Virus record (IMG/VR): IMGVR_UViG_2061766007_000285 | From: an uncultured virus (IMG/VR IMGVR_UViG_2061766007_000285) | Lineage: Duplodnaviria; Heunggongvirae; Uroviricota; Caudoviricetes | Length of the DNA: 64,000 nucleotides | Reading direction: 5' to 3' (one strand) | In this document: positions 20,334 through 30,056 of the stretch, in pieces | Layout: the number at the start of each line of letters is the position of its first letter | Numbering within the stretch: position 1 is the first letter of the stretch | Position numbers and translations under genes: made by a program | The notes under the pieces: model-generated | The model's input: the letters and a program-made list of their open reading frames with translations, nothing else | The model's database searches: none | Told to the model about the DNA's origin: nothing

Positions 20334-21170
20334 ATGGCAGACCAGCAGAGTAAAATATCGGAACTACCTTGGAGCGGCTCAGTACACGGGGTCTATACCA
20401 TTGGCGTTGATGAAAACGAAGACAGCGTAAAGATTCCCCTTGGCGAAATCGTAGAGGATATGGAGCATTCGGTATTCGATGCCAATACAAAGGCGGGCAA
20501 TGCCATCCATGAGGCTGAATCGGCAACTGCGGCGGCAGAGGCCGCGCAAACCACAGCAGCCGGAGCGGTCGCAACGGCGCACGAAGCCAATCAAACCGCC
20601 AATGAAGCCGAAGGCACGGCCAACGATGCGCTGAATACCGCAAATCAGGCATTGTCAGCGGCGCAAGCGGCACAAGGTGCATCGCAGCAAGGCGGTCAGG
20701 CATCAAGCCAAGCCATCCAAACCGCCAACGCTGCCCTATCGGTGGCCAATGAAGCCAACCAAACCGCACACGGGGCATTGAACACGGCACAGCAAGCCGT
20801 TCAGTTTGCCCAAAACGCTAACCAAAAGGCAGAGGCGGCGCAAGGCACGGCCAACACCGCTTTGGAGACGGCAGAGGGCGCGGTGGCGACCGCCCATGAA
20901 GCCGATGCCCTCGCCTATCAGGCACAACAAGCGGCGCAAGAGGCGGCGAACAATTCAAGTTCTGCCAACCAAACGGCGGCGGCGGCAATGCAAGCGGCAA
21001 GTCAGGCGCAAGCGGCGGTTCAGGAACTGCACAATACCGATGACGCATTGGCAAGGCGAATCCTTTTCCTTGAAAACCGATTCGTTGAAAAGACTGAAGC
21101 CCAAATAGAGGCGATGATTGAGAATCATTCTTGGGTTGAAAATGTCATCTACTACACCGTGGAGGATTAG
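20334..21170 (+). CDS. Ala-rich coiled-coil tail fibre-like protein
   Basis: KISELP N-terminus; heptad A/N/Q/T repeats. Confidence 0.65.
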   Translation: MADQQSKISELPWSGSVHGVYTIGVDENEDSVKIPLGEIVEDMEHSVFDANTKAGNAIHEAESATAAAEAAQTTAAGAVATAHEANQTANEAEGTANDALNTANQALSAAQAAQGASQQGGQASSQAIQTANAALSVANEANQTAHGALNTAQQAVQFAQNANQKAEAAQGTANTALETAEGAVATAHEADALAYQAQQAAQEAANNSSSANQTAAAAMQAASQAQAAVQELHNTDDALARRILFLENRFVEKTEAQIEAMIENHSWVENVIYYTVED

Positions 21171-21173
21171 GCC

Positions 21174-21344
21174 ATGCTGAATATCAACGGAAAGAATATC
21201 GCCTCCATGATGATTAACGGCAAGATGATTCAGACGAAGCATCTTAACGGGCATCTGATATGGCAAGCGGTGCGCTCTTGTTTCGGCAGCGGCGTATGGA
21301 TTGACGAAAAGCCTTGGATTGACGATGAGGCTTGGAAAGACTAA
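21174..21344 (+). CDS. Small tail-associated protein (56 aa; not in ORF track)
   Basis: MLNINGK...VRSCFGSGVWIDEKPWIDDEAWKD, read by hand. Confidence 0.6.
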   Translation: MLNINGKNIASMMINGKMIQTKHLNGHLIWQAVRSCFGSGVWIDEKPWIDDEAWKD

Positions 21345-21362
21345 CCATCAAATTACATAAAT

Positions 21363-24300
21363 ATGGCAAGAGAGATTATAGACGAACCTATTGAAAACCT
21401 TGATTCCCCGTGGGAAAACTACAAGGGAAAGCGCGTCAGGGAGTTTATTCAGGGCAAACTTACGGAGCATGAAACCTCACTCGGTCAGACAGTGAAGGGG
21501 GTGCGTGTCAATACTACGCCCGTTCCGAAAGATGCCAACGGAATGATTGACCTCAATATTCCGCCCGTGGATTCATCCCTTAACGAGGGAAGCGCGAACC
21601 CCGTTGAAAATGGCGTTGTGGCGACTGAAATCAACGGCCTGAAACAAAGCGCAGTGGCTAACATGAGAACAGAGCCGCACCCGACAGACCCCGACAGCCT
21701 CATGCTGATTATCGAGAACGAGAACGGCGATGAGGTGACATCATGCGCCATTCCGAAGGCAAGCGAGGGCGGCAACCAAACCTATCCCCGCGTCACCGTA
21801 TCGGTGTCGAAAAACCGCATCAAAAGAGGCGATTCGGTGGTGCTGACTTGGACTTACAACCACTATAACGGCGATGGAACGCCGACCGGCACGGCGGCTG
21901 AAACCGTCACTATCCGAGTGGTGAATGGAACTACCGAAACCTATCGTGAGGTATTGAGCAATATCCCCGACAATACCACCCGCCAACTCACGCTCGGAAG
22001 CGATGTATTGACGGCTGGAACGATTGGAATCTATGTCACGGCCGTAGTCATGGACGAAGGCGGCAATGAGCAAAGGGCGCAAGGCTACAAGGCAGTTCAG
22101 GTCGTGACCATCGACCTCACCTCCACCGCCGACCCCGCCGCTTTCCTCGCCTTCACCGATGGCTATACCGATGGGCAGACCATCGACATTCCGTTTGTCA
22201 TCACTGGGCCTCGTGGAAGCAGCGTAACGATGTGGCTTGACGGAGAGCAGTACGATACCACGACCATCAATTCAAGTTCTGCAACGATGGGGCATTTTTA
22301 TATACAAGCCTCAACCTTGGCCGCTGGAAGGCACAATGTTCAGATTGTGGCCGAAAGCGATGGATTGTTGAGTAATGTAATTTGGTGCGACATCCGCAAG
22401 GCCGGAAACAATGACCCGTACCTCGGACTGAAGATGACCCTTTCGGCTGACCTGATGAATGAAATGCCGCTCTCCTATGAGAACGGCAGCGAGGTAGCCA
22501 TCCCTATCTCGGTCGAACAATTCAGCGACCTGATTGTTTCATTCGGCGCATGGAATAGCGCAAGCAACACCTCAATGGTCATCGTGGCCATCGGCGGTCA
22601 GGCGGTGCAGACCCTCGCGGTCGGCAGGACGCTGGAGGAATTGTCGCAACGCTTTGACACGGCAGGGGCATCCGTAATGACCCTCTCTTTGGGTAATGAG
22701 GAAAGAACCTTGAATGTGTCCGTCATTCAGGCGCAAGGCATTGATGAACACGAAATCGCCGACTATTATATCAAGCTGACGGCGGCTGGCCGCTCGAACA
22801 ATGAGCAACACCCCGACAATTGGGGCGGCATCACCACCTTTGAGAATGTGGATTGGAATACCAGCGGCTGGGTGAAGAAAGACGGCGTTGATACCCTCAA
22901 CCTATCCAACGGCGCAAAGGCTGTGATTGGATATGCGCCTTTCGAGTTATTGAATGAGTACAGCATCGCGGGTAACGGCATGACGGTGGAAATGGAAGTC
23001 ATGGTCAGTCAGGTGCTTGAGAGAGGCGCAAGGGTGATGAGTTGCCTTGAATTGCAGCCCAATAACGCCTATCTCGGATTCGACATCACGACCGTTGAGG
23101 CCGGGCTGCACCTGGGTCAGATGCAGACCATCACGACCGCCGAAACTGACGAGCATGGCGACCCGATTGTCATTCAGAGAGAGCTGGGTGTTTCGATGGA
23201 TATTGCCCATGATAGATGGATGAAAGTCGCTTTCGTGATGCAGTCCACCTCCGAAGGCCGCAAGGTGTTTCTTTATATCAACGGAGTGCTTTCAAAGGCC
23301 AACCGCTACGACCAAGGGCTGAATTTGGTGCAGTCCAACCCCGTTGGAATCGCTTTCGATTCTGAAAAGGCCGACATTGCAATCCGCATGGTGAGAATCT
23401 ACCGCCGTGCCTTGACGAGAGGCGAAATCCTATCCAATTATATCGTTGACCGACCGACCGCCGCTGAAGTTCAAGCGAAGCATTTGAGCAATGTCACTTC
23501 CGAGGGAGGCAGTACCCTTGTGGTTGACCCTCAAACCTTAATCAGCAAAGGGCGCGGCGTTCTCGTAATCTATGGAAAGGATATTGAGGATGAAACCAAT
23601 ACGAGAACCATCCTGCAACTCCTTTACAGCAAGAATAACAAGAAATATGACGCGAAGGCCGACTATGTGAGATGGTACTCTCCTTTGGGCAGGAACTTTG
23701 ATTTTGAGGTATATAACAACTACCTCCGCATTCAGGGAACATCATCCACGAAATACCCGTGGAAGAATCTACGAATCTACCTGAACAAAGGACCGAAGAC
23801 CGAGGAGGAGCCATTGCGCCTACTCATTGGCGGCGTTGAGACCTCAACCCTCAAATATCCCTTGCGCGGTGCTACAAACTCGGTGGCTCAATCGGTGCTT
23901 TGCGCAAAGACCGACTTCGTGGATTCATCGATGACCTTGAACACGGGCGGCGCGAAGTTGTTTGACAATATCATGCGCACTCTCGGTTTGCTGACCCCGC
24001 CGCAAGCGTATGATGCAAGGGTGCGTCAGGCTATCGATGGCATCCCGTGCGATGTCTTTTGCGCCCGTGAAGTGGGCGACCCGCTTGTTTACTACGGACA
24101 ATATAACCTGAATAACGAGAAATCGAAATCAGGCGAATTGTTCGGCATGGAAAAGGTCAAGGATAGCGGCGGCAACAATGTGGTTTGGGATTGCCCGATT
24201 GCGCTTGAAGCCTTGAACAATGGTTCGCCCATGACCTTGTTCCAACCGGCGGGAAGCGCAAGCAGTGCGGAACTTGAAGCGCAGTTGATGCAATATTTTG

Positions 24301-27300
24301 ACGATGGCTTTGAGTTCAATTTCCCCGAAGATACCTTCTATAATCCTGCCAAAATCTCCGACCCGTCAAAAGAGAGCGAGGCATCGGCAGCACAAAAAAC
24401 CGCCTTGAAGCGTTGGCTGGGATGGATTTACGATGTCACGCCATCGGATATGAGAACCAATCCTGAATACGGCGACCGTTACGGATGGACGGCTGCAAGC
24501 AAGGCAAAATGGGTCAGTACGCGCTTCAAGAACGAGGCATCGCAGTACTTCGACATCAACCACTTGCTGACCTATTACCTCATTATTGACTATCTTGCAG
24601 GGGTTGACCAACGCGCGAAAAACATCATTTGGCGCACTTGGGATGGCCTGAAATGGTACAGCACATTCTATGATGGCGATACCGCCGAGGGTATTCGTAA
24701 TGATGCCTTCATCGCCTATCTCTACAATGTCACCCGCGACACTTGGGATGACGAACGCGCGAAATATGCCTTCGAGGGTCACGATTCATGGCTTTGGTGC
24801 CTGGTGCTGGCCAACTTCGAGGATGAGTTGAAGCAATGCGCCGCAAACCTGCGTAGCGCGATGAATACCGCCGTGCTTCTTTCGATGTTCAACGATACCA
24901 TCATGGGCAATTGGAGCGAGAGGCAGTACAACGAATCGCAGATGCTGAAATATGTAGATACGATGCCGGTTGCAGACACGGGCTATGTCTATACCCTTAC
25001 GGGCAACCGTGAGGCTCATAGGACGGCATTCTATACCGACCGTGGCCAACTCCTTGACGCGCGATATGCCGCTGGCGGCTATTCGGATGACAATATCGGC
25101 TTTTATGTTGGCAGAAACAGCTCTGATGCAAACGATGTCATCGTCATCAAGAGTGGCGACCTTTACTATTTCGGATGGCGTTTGGCAAACGGAGGCTGGA
25201 GATACGGGCCAATCAAGGCAGAGAATAACGAGGTGCTGAATATCCCCATCAACGGGACTTTGCAGGTGAATGACCCAATCGCGCTTTGCGGCGCAAGCCG
25301 AATCCGCGAACTCGACCTTACCAATATGCTGCAAGGCCATTTGAAGGGAAACCTTAATATCGGAAAGTGCGCGATGCTTTCAAAATTGCTCATGTCGGCC
25401 ACTCCCAATGGCGTGAATGGCGGCGTTACGATTTCGCTCGGAAGCATCACCAAACTTGAATATGTGGACTTGACGGGTCAGACCTCAACGGGAACAAACC
25501 AATCGGGGAATACGCTCGATATGAGCGCACAAGGCAGGTTGCACACGCTTCTTTGCGGCGGCACACATTTACAAATCGTGAACCTCCCTGAAGGCTCACC
25601 GCTTTCTACTTTGGTGCTGCCCGATACCCTGACAACGCTATCCTTGCGTTATCTGCCCAACCTATTGCCAAGCGGATTGACCTTGCAGGGAACGGCAAAC
25701 ATCACTACTTTCAACTTTGCAGCCTGCCCTCACCTCGATTGGCAAACCCTATTGGCATCATGCCAAAATGTGCAGTATATCCGCGTTGAAGGCATCACGG
25801 GCAAGGTGCATTACTCATTCCTGCAACAATACCTTGACAAGAGAGGTCTTGATGCCAACGGCAACCAAATCACATTCCCTGCCTTGGTCGGCAGCGTGAC
25901 CCTCATGGAAGTGATTACCGATGAACAAATGCAGGAACTGAACCAAAAGTTCATCTACCTTGATATTCAGGAATGCCAATATTCGGTGTATGAGATTAAC
26001 GATGCGGAGAGTGACCCCGCTTGCGTGACCAATCTCGAAAACAATACTTCGGGATATGACATCTACGACCCCGAAACGGGCGAACTGACCCATCAAGGCT
26101 ATCTTGCCAGCGGCCACGCAAAGAAGGTGCGCGACAAGATGAAACCTTATTTCGGCCATTTGGACGAAAACACGGGTAAATGGACGGGATTCAGGGTAAG
26201 CGATACCAACTACAAGCAGGATGCCAGCGGCAACGGCTACAACTATTCAGATTCAACGGGCGAGGGCAACGACTTGATGATGCTTTTGCCTCATTGCTGG
26301 TACAAGGGCATCAATGACTTCAAGAGCCAAAAGAAGTATATTTGTTGGAGTGCGCTCGATACAAGGCCGCAATCCAGCGCGTCAAGGACGGTAAGATACA
26401 GCTTGAATAATGCCGAAACCGAAGCCGCGTTGAGATATGGCACTTCCGTAGGTGTCCGTATTAACAATATCACGGTCAATGAAAGCATGATTGATGACGA
26501 AGGCGTTATCGCCAATGTCGGTGACGATGCAAGCACTTTCAATGTGTATAGGATTGATGTCGGAGGCATGAAGCAAATCAGATGGCCTGGTGTCAATAGA
26601 GCGAACTATGGCGTTTGCTTTACCGATGAAAGCGGCCTTATTCTTCGAAAGTGGAATTTGTCGGTCAATGACAATGATTTCGACTTCAACATGAGCTATT
26701 TCGATTACCTTTTCCTCAATGTGCTTGAAGGTGAAAAGTATTGCTATCTCACCGCTCCGAATGGGGTTACAAGCAGCGCGGACGGCGTTATCATTGTGAC
26801 CGATAGCGAAGAAGTCGAAGCCATCGAGCCTGATTGGGTCGAACACAAGCAATGCCTTGTCGGTGTCTATCAGGCAAGTTGGGTTGATAATAGACTTCGT
26901 TCCTTGACGGGAAAAACCGTCAAAAGAGGTGACGGAACTTCAACCACGGGGAATTGGTCTTACAATGATGAGACCGGCGACCAATACGGTACTTTTGACG
27001 GGAGCGGAAACAAGATTAACAGCCTACCTTCAACCCTTCATTTCACGATGAAGGATTTCCAAAATGTGTCAAGGCGTAGAGGTCAGGGCTACCAACTCAT
27101 TGACTATGAAATGTCGAAGTTTGTCGCAATCCTATTCTATTGTATTGAAGGCAATTTGAACTCGCAAGCCGTATGCGGTAGCGGTTATCCTACTGATACG
27201 GGCAGGATGGATGCAATTGGCAATAGGAATACCCGACCGACTGAATTTCTTGCCAGCGGCAACTACTATTATAGTAAGTGCCTTGGATTGGAATCCTTCT

Positions 27301-27764
27301 TCAGTAGTTATGTTGAATGGATGGATAATTGCTGCATCAATAGAAGCAGTTACGAATTATTCTATAAGGGCAAGATGACATCGGGCGGCTCGGTAGTCAA
27401 TGGAAGGTGGTCGATATTCAATCCTGATAGCATGGATTTGGACGGCAATGGAAATCAAATAAAGCAAAGATTCAACACTTGCCCATTCACAGCGAGTACC
27501 ACCGATACGGGCGGCTATATCAAGCGCGTGAGGCATGGCAGGTATTGCGACCTTGTACCTTCAATGCTTGCAGGAACTTCAATGACAAGATATTGCGACT
27601 ACTACTACTATAACACTTCCGGTCGGGTGCTGGGTCGGTCGCACAACCTCGGTTACGCGTATGGCGGTGTCGCCTCTGCGTATGCGGGCCACGCATCTTC
27701 GACCTCGCATACGAGCTTCGGTTCTCGGCTCGCCTTCAGAGGTGAAATTGAAGTATCAGAATAG
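21363..27764 (+). CDS. Giant tail/adhesin protein (2133 aa), DGR target 1: LamG-like, CotH-kinase-like, LRR-like and C-terminal CLec-type variable region
   Basis: VR1 at C-terminus (GRVLGRS...GSRLAF); domain motifs by eye. Confidence 0.85.
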   Translation: MAREIIDEPIENLDSPWENYKGKRVREFIQGKLTEHETSLGQTVKGVRVNTTPVPKDANGMIDLNIPPVDSSLNEGSANPVENGVVATEINGLKQSAVANMRTEPHPTDPDSLMLIIENENGDEVTSCAIPKASEGGNQTYPRVTVSVSKNRIKRGDSVVLTWTYNHYNGDGTPTGTAAETVTIRVVNGTTETYREVLSNIPDNTTRQLTLGSDVLTAGTIGIYVTAVVMDEGGNEQRAQGYKAVQVVTIDLTSTADPAAFLAFTDGYTDGQTIDIPFVITGPRGSSVTMWLDGEQYDTTTINSSSATMGHFYIQASTLAAGRHNVQIVAESDGLLSNVIWCDIRKAGNNDPYLGLKMTLSADLMNEMPLSYENGSEVAIPISVEQFSDLIVSFGAWNSASNTSMVIVAIGGQAVQTLAVGRTLEELSQRFDTAGASVMTLSLGNEERTLNVSVIQAQGIDEHEIADYYIKLTAAGRSNNEQHPDNWGGITTFENVDWNTSGWVKKDGVDTLNLSNGAKAVIGYAPFELLNEYSIAGNGMTVEMEVMVSQVLERGARVMSCLELQPNNAYLGFDITTVEAGLHLGQMQTITTAETDEHGDPIVIQRELGVSMDIAHDRWMKVAFVMQSTSEGRKVFLYINGVLSKANRYDQGLNLVQSNPVGIAFDSEKADIAIRMVRIYRRALTRGEILSNYIVDRPTAAEVQAKHLSNVTSEGGSTLVVDPQTLISKGRGVLVIYGKDIEDETNTRTILQLLYSKNNKKYDAKADYVRWYSPLGRNFDFEVYNNYLRIQGTSSTKYPWKNLRIYLNKGPKTEEEPLRLLIGGVETSTLKYPLRGATNSVAQSVLCAKTDFVDSSMTLNTGGAKLFDNIMRTLGLLTPPQAYDARVRQAIDGIPCDVFCAREVGDPLVYYGQYNLNNEKSKSGELFGMEKVKDSGGNNVVWDCPIALEALNNGSPMTLFQPAGSASSAELEAQLMQYFDDGFEFNFPEDTFYNPAKISDPSKESEASAAQKTALKRWLGWIYDVTPSDMRTNPEYGDRYGWTAASKAKWVSTRFKNEASQYFDINHLLTYYLIIDYLAGVDQRAKNIIWRTWDGLKWYSTFYDGDTAEGIRNDAFIAYLYNVTRDTWDDERAKYAFEGHDSWLWCLVLANFEDELKQCAANLRSAMNTAVLLSMFNDTIMGNWSERQYNESQMLKYVDTMPVADTGYVYTLTGNREAHRTAFYTDRGQLLDARYAAGGYSDDNIGFYVGRNSSDANDVIVIKSGDLYYFGWRLANGGWRYGPIKAENNEVLNIPINGTLQVNDPIALCGASRIRELDLTNMLQGHLKGNLNIGKCAMLSKLLMSATPNGVNGGVTISLGSITKLEYVDLTGQTSTGTNQSGNTLDMSAQGRLHTLLCGGTHLQIVNLPEGSPLSTLVLPDTLTTLSLRYLPNLLPSGLTLQGTANITTFNFAACPHLDWQTLLASCQNVQYIRVEGITGKVHYSFLQQYLDKRGLDANGNQITFPALVGSVTLMEVITDEQMQELNQKFIYLDIQECQYSVYEINDAESDPACVTNLENNTSGYDIYDPETGELTHQGYLASGHAKKVRDKMKPYFGHLDENTGKWTGFRVSDTNYKQDASGNGYNYSDSTGEGNDLMMLLPHCWYKGINDFKSQKKYICWSALDTRPQSSASRTVRYSLNNAETEAALRYGTSVGVRINNITVNESMIDDEGVIANVGDDASTFNVYRIDVGGMKQIRWPGVNRANYGVCFTDESGLILRKWNLSVNDNDFDFNMSYFDYLFLNVLEGEKYCYLTAPNGVTSSADGVIIVTDSEEVEAIEPDWVEHKQCLVGVYQASWVDNRLRSLTGKTVKRGDGTSTTGNWSYNDETGDQYGTFDGSGNKINSLPSTLHFTMKDFQNVSRRRGQGYQLIDYEMSKFVAILFYCIEGNLNSQAVCGSGYPTDTGRMDAIGNRNTRPTEFLASGNYYYSKCLGLESFFSSYVEWMDNCCINRSSYELFYKGKMTSGGSVVNGRWSIFNPDSMDLDGNGNQIKQRFNTCPFTASTTDTGGYIKRVRHGRYCDLVPSMLAGTSMTRYCDYYYYNTSGRVLGRSHNLGYAYGGVASAYAGHASSTSHTSFGSRLAFRGEIEVSE
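27621..27737 (+). repeat. DGR variable repeat VR1
   Basis: 117-nt ungapped match to TR; 16 mismatches, all at TR adenines. Confidence 0.97.
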
Positions 27765-27869
27765 GAGAAATGAATATGAAAAACGGCAAAGCGAAAAAGC
27801 GTAAAGCGCAAAGCGGGCGGTTTTCGAGACCGCCGCCGCCGTGAGCGGAATAAGGTGGAAAGCCTCAAC

Positions 27870-27986
27870 GGTCGGGTGCTGGGTCGGTCGAACAACAACG
27901 GTAACGCGAATGGCGGTGTCGCCTATGCGAATGCGAACAACGCATCTTCGAACTCGAATACGAGCTACGGTTCTCGGCTCGCAAAC
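27870..27986 (+). repeat. DGR template repeat TR
   Basis: AAC/AAT-rich copy of VR1 and VR2, immediately upstream of RT. Confidence 0.97.
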
Positions 27987-28203
27987 AATGTAAAGGGTTG
28001 GGCATTAGCCCAAGAAAGAATCGTTCCTACGGCATACCCTTACGGGTTGAGGGATAGCAGAGGACGAGAGGCTTGAACCTCAGTAACAGCAGCCCTATGG
28101 CTGGAAAACTGAAAAAGCACGAAATTCAAGTAGAGGCTGGTAGGTTCATTCTCGAACGCCTTGGACTTGAGAGATTGAAGGCAAAAAAGAAAATAGAATC
28201 AAG

Positions 28204-29550
28204 ATGAAACGCATCGGCTATGTAATAGAAGAAATCATCACCGAGGAAAACCTGAATAAGGCTTTCGATACGGTTGTGCGTGGCACGAGGCGAAAGGAAT
28301 CCGAGGAGGGTCAATGGCTCATTGCAAACCGTCAATCGTTCCTTGAAAGCGTTGCCGCCGAGGTGGTCACGGGTCATCTTGATTTGGGTAAAAGCCATGA
28401 GAGGGATATTGTCGAGGCTGGCAAGAAACGCCATTTGCAGATATTCAAAATGAAGGCGCGTATCAAGGTCGCCGCCGTGATGATTCCCGTTGACCGCCAC
28501 CTTCGCAAGCGGTATATCAGAACCACCGCAAGCAGCATCAAAGGGCGCGGTCTGCATGATTTGAAAGCCTATATTGAGCGTGACATAGCCCAAGACCCTC
28601 ACGGCACGATGTACGGCTATAAATTCGATATACGCAAGTTCTATGATACCGTGAGGCATGACTTTGTGAGATATGCCTTGCGGCGCGTGTTCAAGGATGA
28701 AAGGTTGCTACAAATCTTCGACCAATTCCTGACCGCTTTCGAGAACAGCACCTTTGAGGCATTGTACGCAGAGGGTGTCGGTCTTTCGATGGGCTTGCGT
28801 TCATCGCAGGGCTTCGGCAACATCCTATTGTCAACCTACCTCGACCATTATCTGAAGGATAGATATAGGGTGAGGTACTTCTACCGCTTTTGCGATGACG
28901 GCCTTGTGTTGGCAGGGATGAAGAAGATACTTTGGGCAATCAGGGACATCGTGCATGAGCGCGTTGGCAGCATCGGCCAAAGCATCAAGCCCAACGAAAG
29001 GGTGTTTCCCATTACCGAGGGCATCGACTTTCTCGGCTATGTGATTCGCCCTGATTTCACCTTAATGCGCAAGCGGGTGAAAAAGAACTTCGCCCGCAAG
29101 TTGAAAAAGGTAAAGAGCCGCAAGCGGAGGCAGGAGCTTGTAGGCTCGTTCTATGGCATGGCTAAACATGCCGATTGCAGAAACTTAATGAAAAAACTAC
29201 TAACCAAAAAAGAGATGAGGAAATTCTCGGAAATAGGGGTCACATATACTCCTTTTGACGGCAAGAAACGCTTCATGGGCGATACGAGGCGGCTTGGCGA
29301 GATAGTGAACAAAGAAATCGAAATCCACGACTTTGAACGCGATGTAAAGACCGCACACGGAGAGAAACGATATCTTGTTTCATTCCGCGACAAAGCGACC
29401 AACACCTTCGGCAAGTTCTTCACCAATTCGGACGAGATGAAGGCGATACTCGAGCAGATGGCCGAAATGGAAGATAATGTATTTCCTTTCGAGACCGTCA
29501 TACGGAGCGAAATCTACGGAAACGGAAAGATAAAATACAAATTCACATGA
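28204..29550 (+). CDS. DGR reverse transcriptase with ~111-aa C-terminal extension
   Basis: KFDIRKFY, GLSMGLRSSQ (DGR-type SQ), YRFCDD, GIDFLGY motifs; adjacent TR. Confidence 0.95.
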   Translation: MKRIGYVIEEIITEENLNKAFDTVVRGTRRKESEEGQWLIANRQSFLESVAAEVVTGHLDLGKSHERDIVEAGKKRHLQIFKMKARIKVAAVMIPVDRHLRKRYIRTTASSIKGRGLHDLKAYIERDIAQDPHGTMYGYKFDIRKFYDTVRHDFVRYALRRVFKDERLLQIFDQFLTAFENSTFEALYAEGVGLSMGLRSSQGFGNILLSTYLDHYLKDRYRVRYFYRFCDDGLVLAGMKKILWAIRDIVHERVGSIGQSIKPNERVFPITEGIDFLGYVIRPDFTLMRKRVKKNFARKLKKVKSRKRRQELVGSFYGMAKHADCRNLMKKLLTKKEMRKFSEIGVTYTPFDGKKRFMGDTRRLGEIVNKEIEIHDFERDVKTAHGEKRYLVSFRDKATNTFGKFFTNSDEMKAILEQMAEMEDNVFPFETVIRSEIYGNGKIKYKFT

Positions 29551-30053
29551 ACAACGGATTCATCAAATATCAGAATGGCGATGAGGCCATTGGAACAAGG
29601 CTGGTCAAATTCAGCAATGCAAAACACTATATCTTGCTCGTTGGCATCCATGAGGACGAAAACGGCAAATGGCAATGGCGCAAGGATTACTACGGCGACA
29701 TGCCCACGAAAGAGCGGCTGAAAACCGACATCGAGGAACTTATCAATTCGCAGACCGATGAGAGCATCCTCAAAGGTCTTGTTTGGAATGATATTCCCGT
29801 TTGGCTTGCGACCGAGAACCAAATCAATATCAAGGCGGCCTATGACCTTGCCTATCAGAATGACGGCAGGATATTGCCTATACGCTTCAAACTCGGCGAG
29901 GATGAAAGCGGCAATCCCATCTACTTTGATTTCACGGATATGGTCACTTTCGGCGACTTCTACACCGCTTGCGTCCAATGGATTCAGGCTTGCATCAATG
30001 ACGGCTGGAACGAGAAGGATTCAATCGACTATGACAAACTGATAGGAGAATAG
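29547..30053 (+). CDS. Tail-fibre-associated hypothetical protein (DUF4376-like)
   Basis: VWLATENQINIKAAYDLA..LPIRFKLG. Confidence 0.55.
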   Translation: MNNGFIKYQNGDEAIGTRLVKFSNAKHYILLVGIHEDENGKWQWRKDYYGDMPTKERLKTDIEELINSQTDESILKGLVWNDIPVWLATENQINIKAAYDLAYQNDGRILPIRFKLGEDESGNPIYFDFTDMVTFGDFYTACVQWIQACINDGWNEKDSIDYDKLIGE

Positions 30054-30056
30054 AAG

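Noticed and set aside
27855..28076. 73-aa Asn-rich ORF
   Set aside because: It is the TR read in the VR frame; TRs function as RNA and no independent coding evidence is visible
28204..29550. Group II intron, retron or Abi-type RT
   Set aside because: Adjacent TR with two adenine-specific VRs and the SQ motif identify a DGR RT
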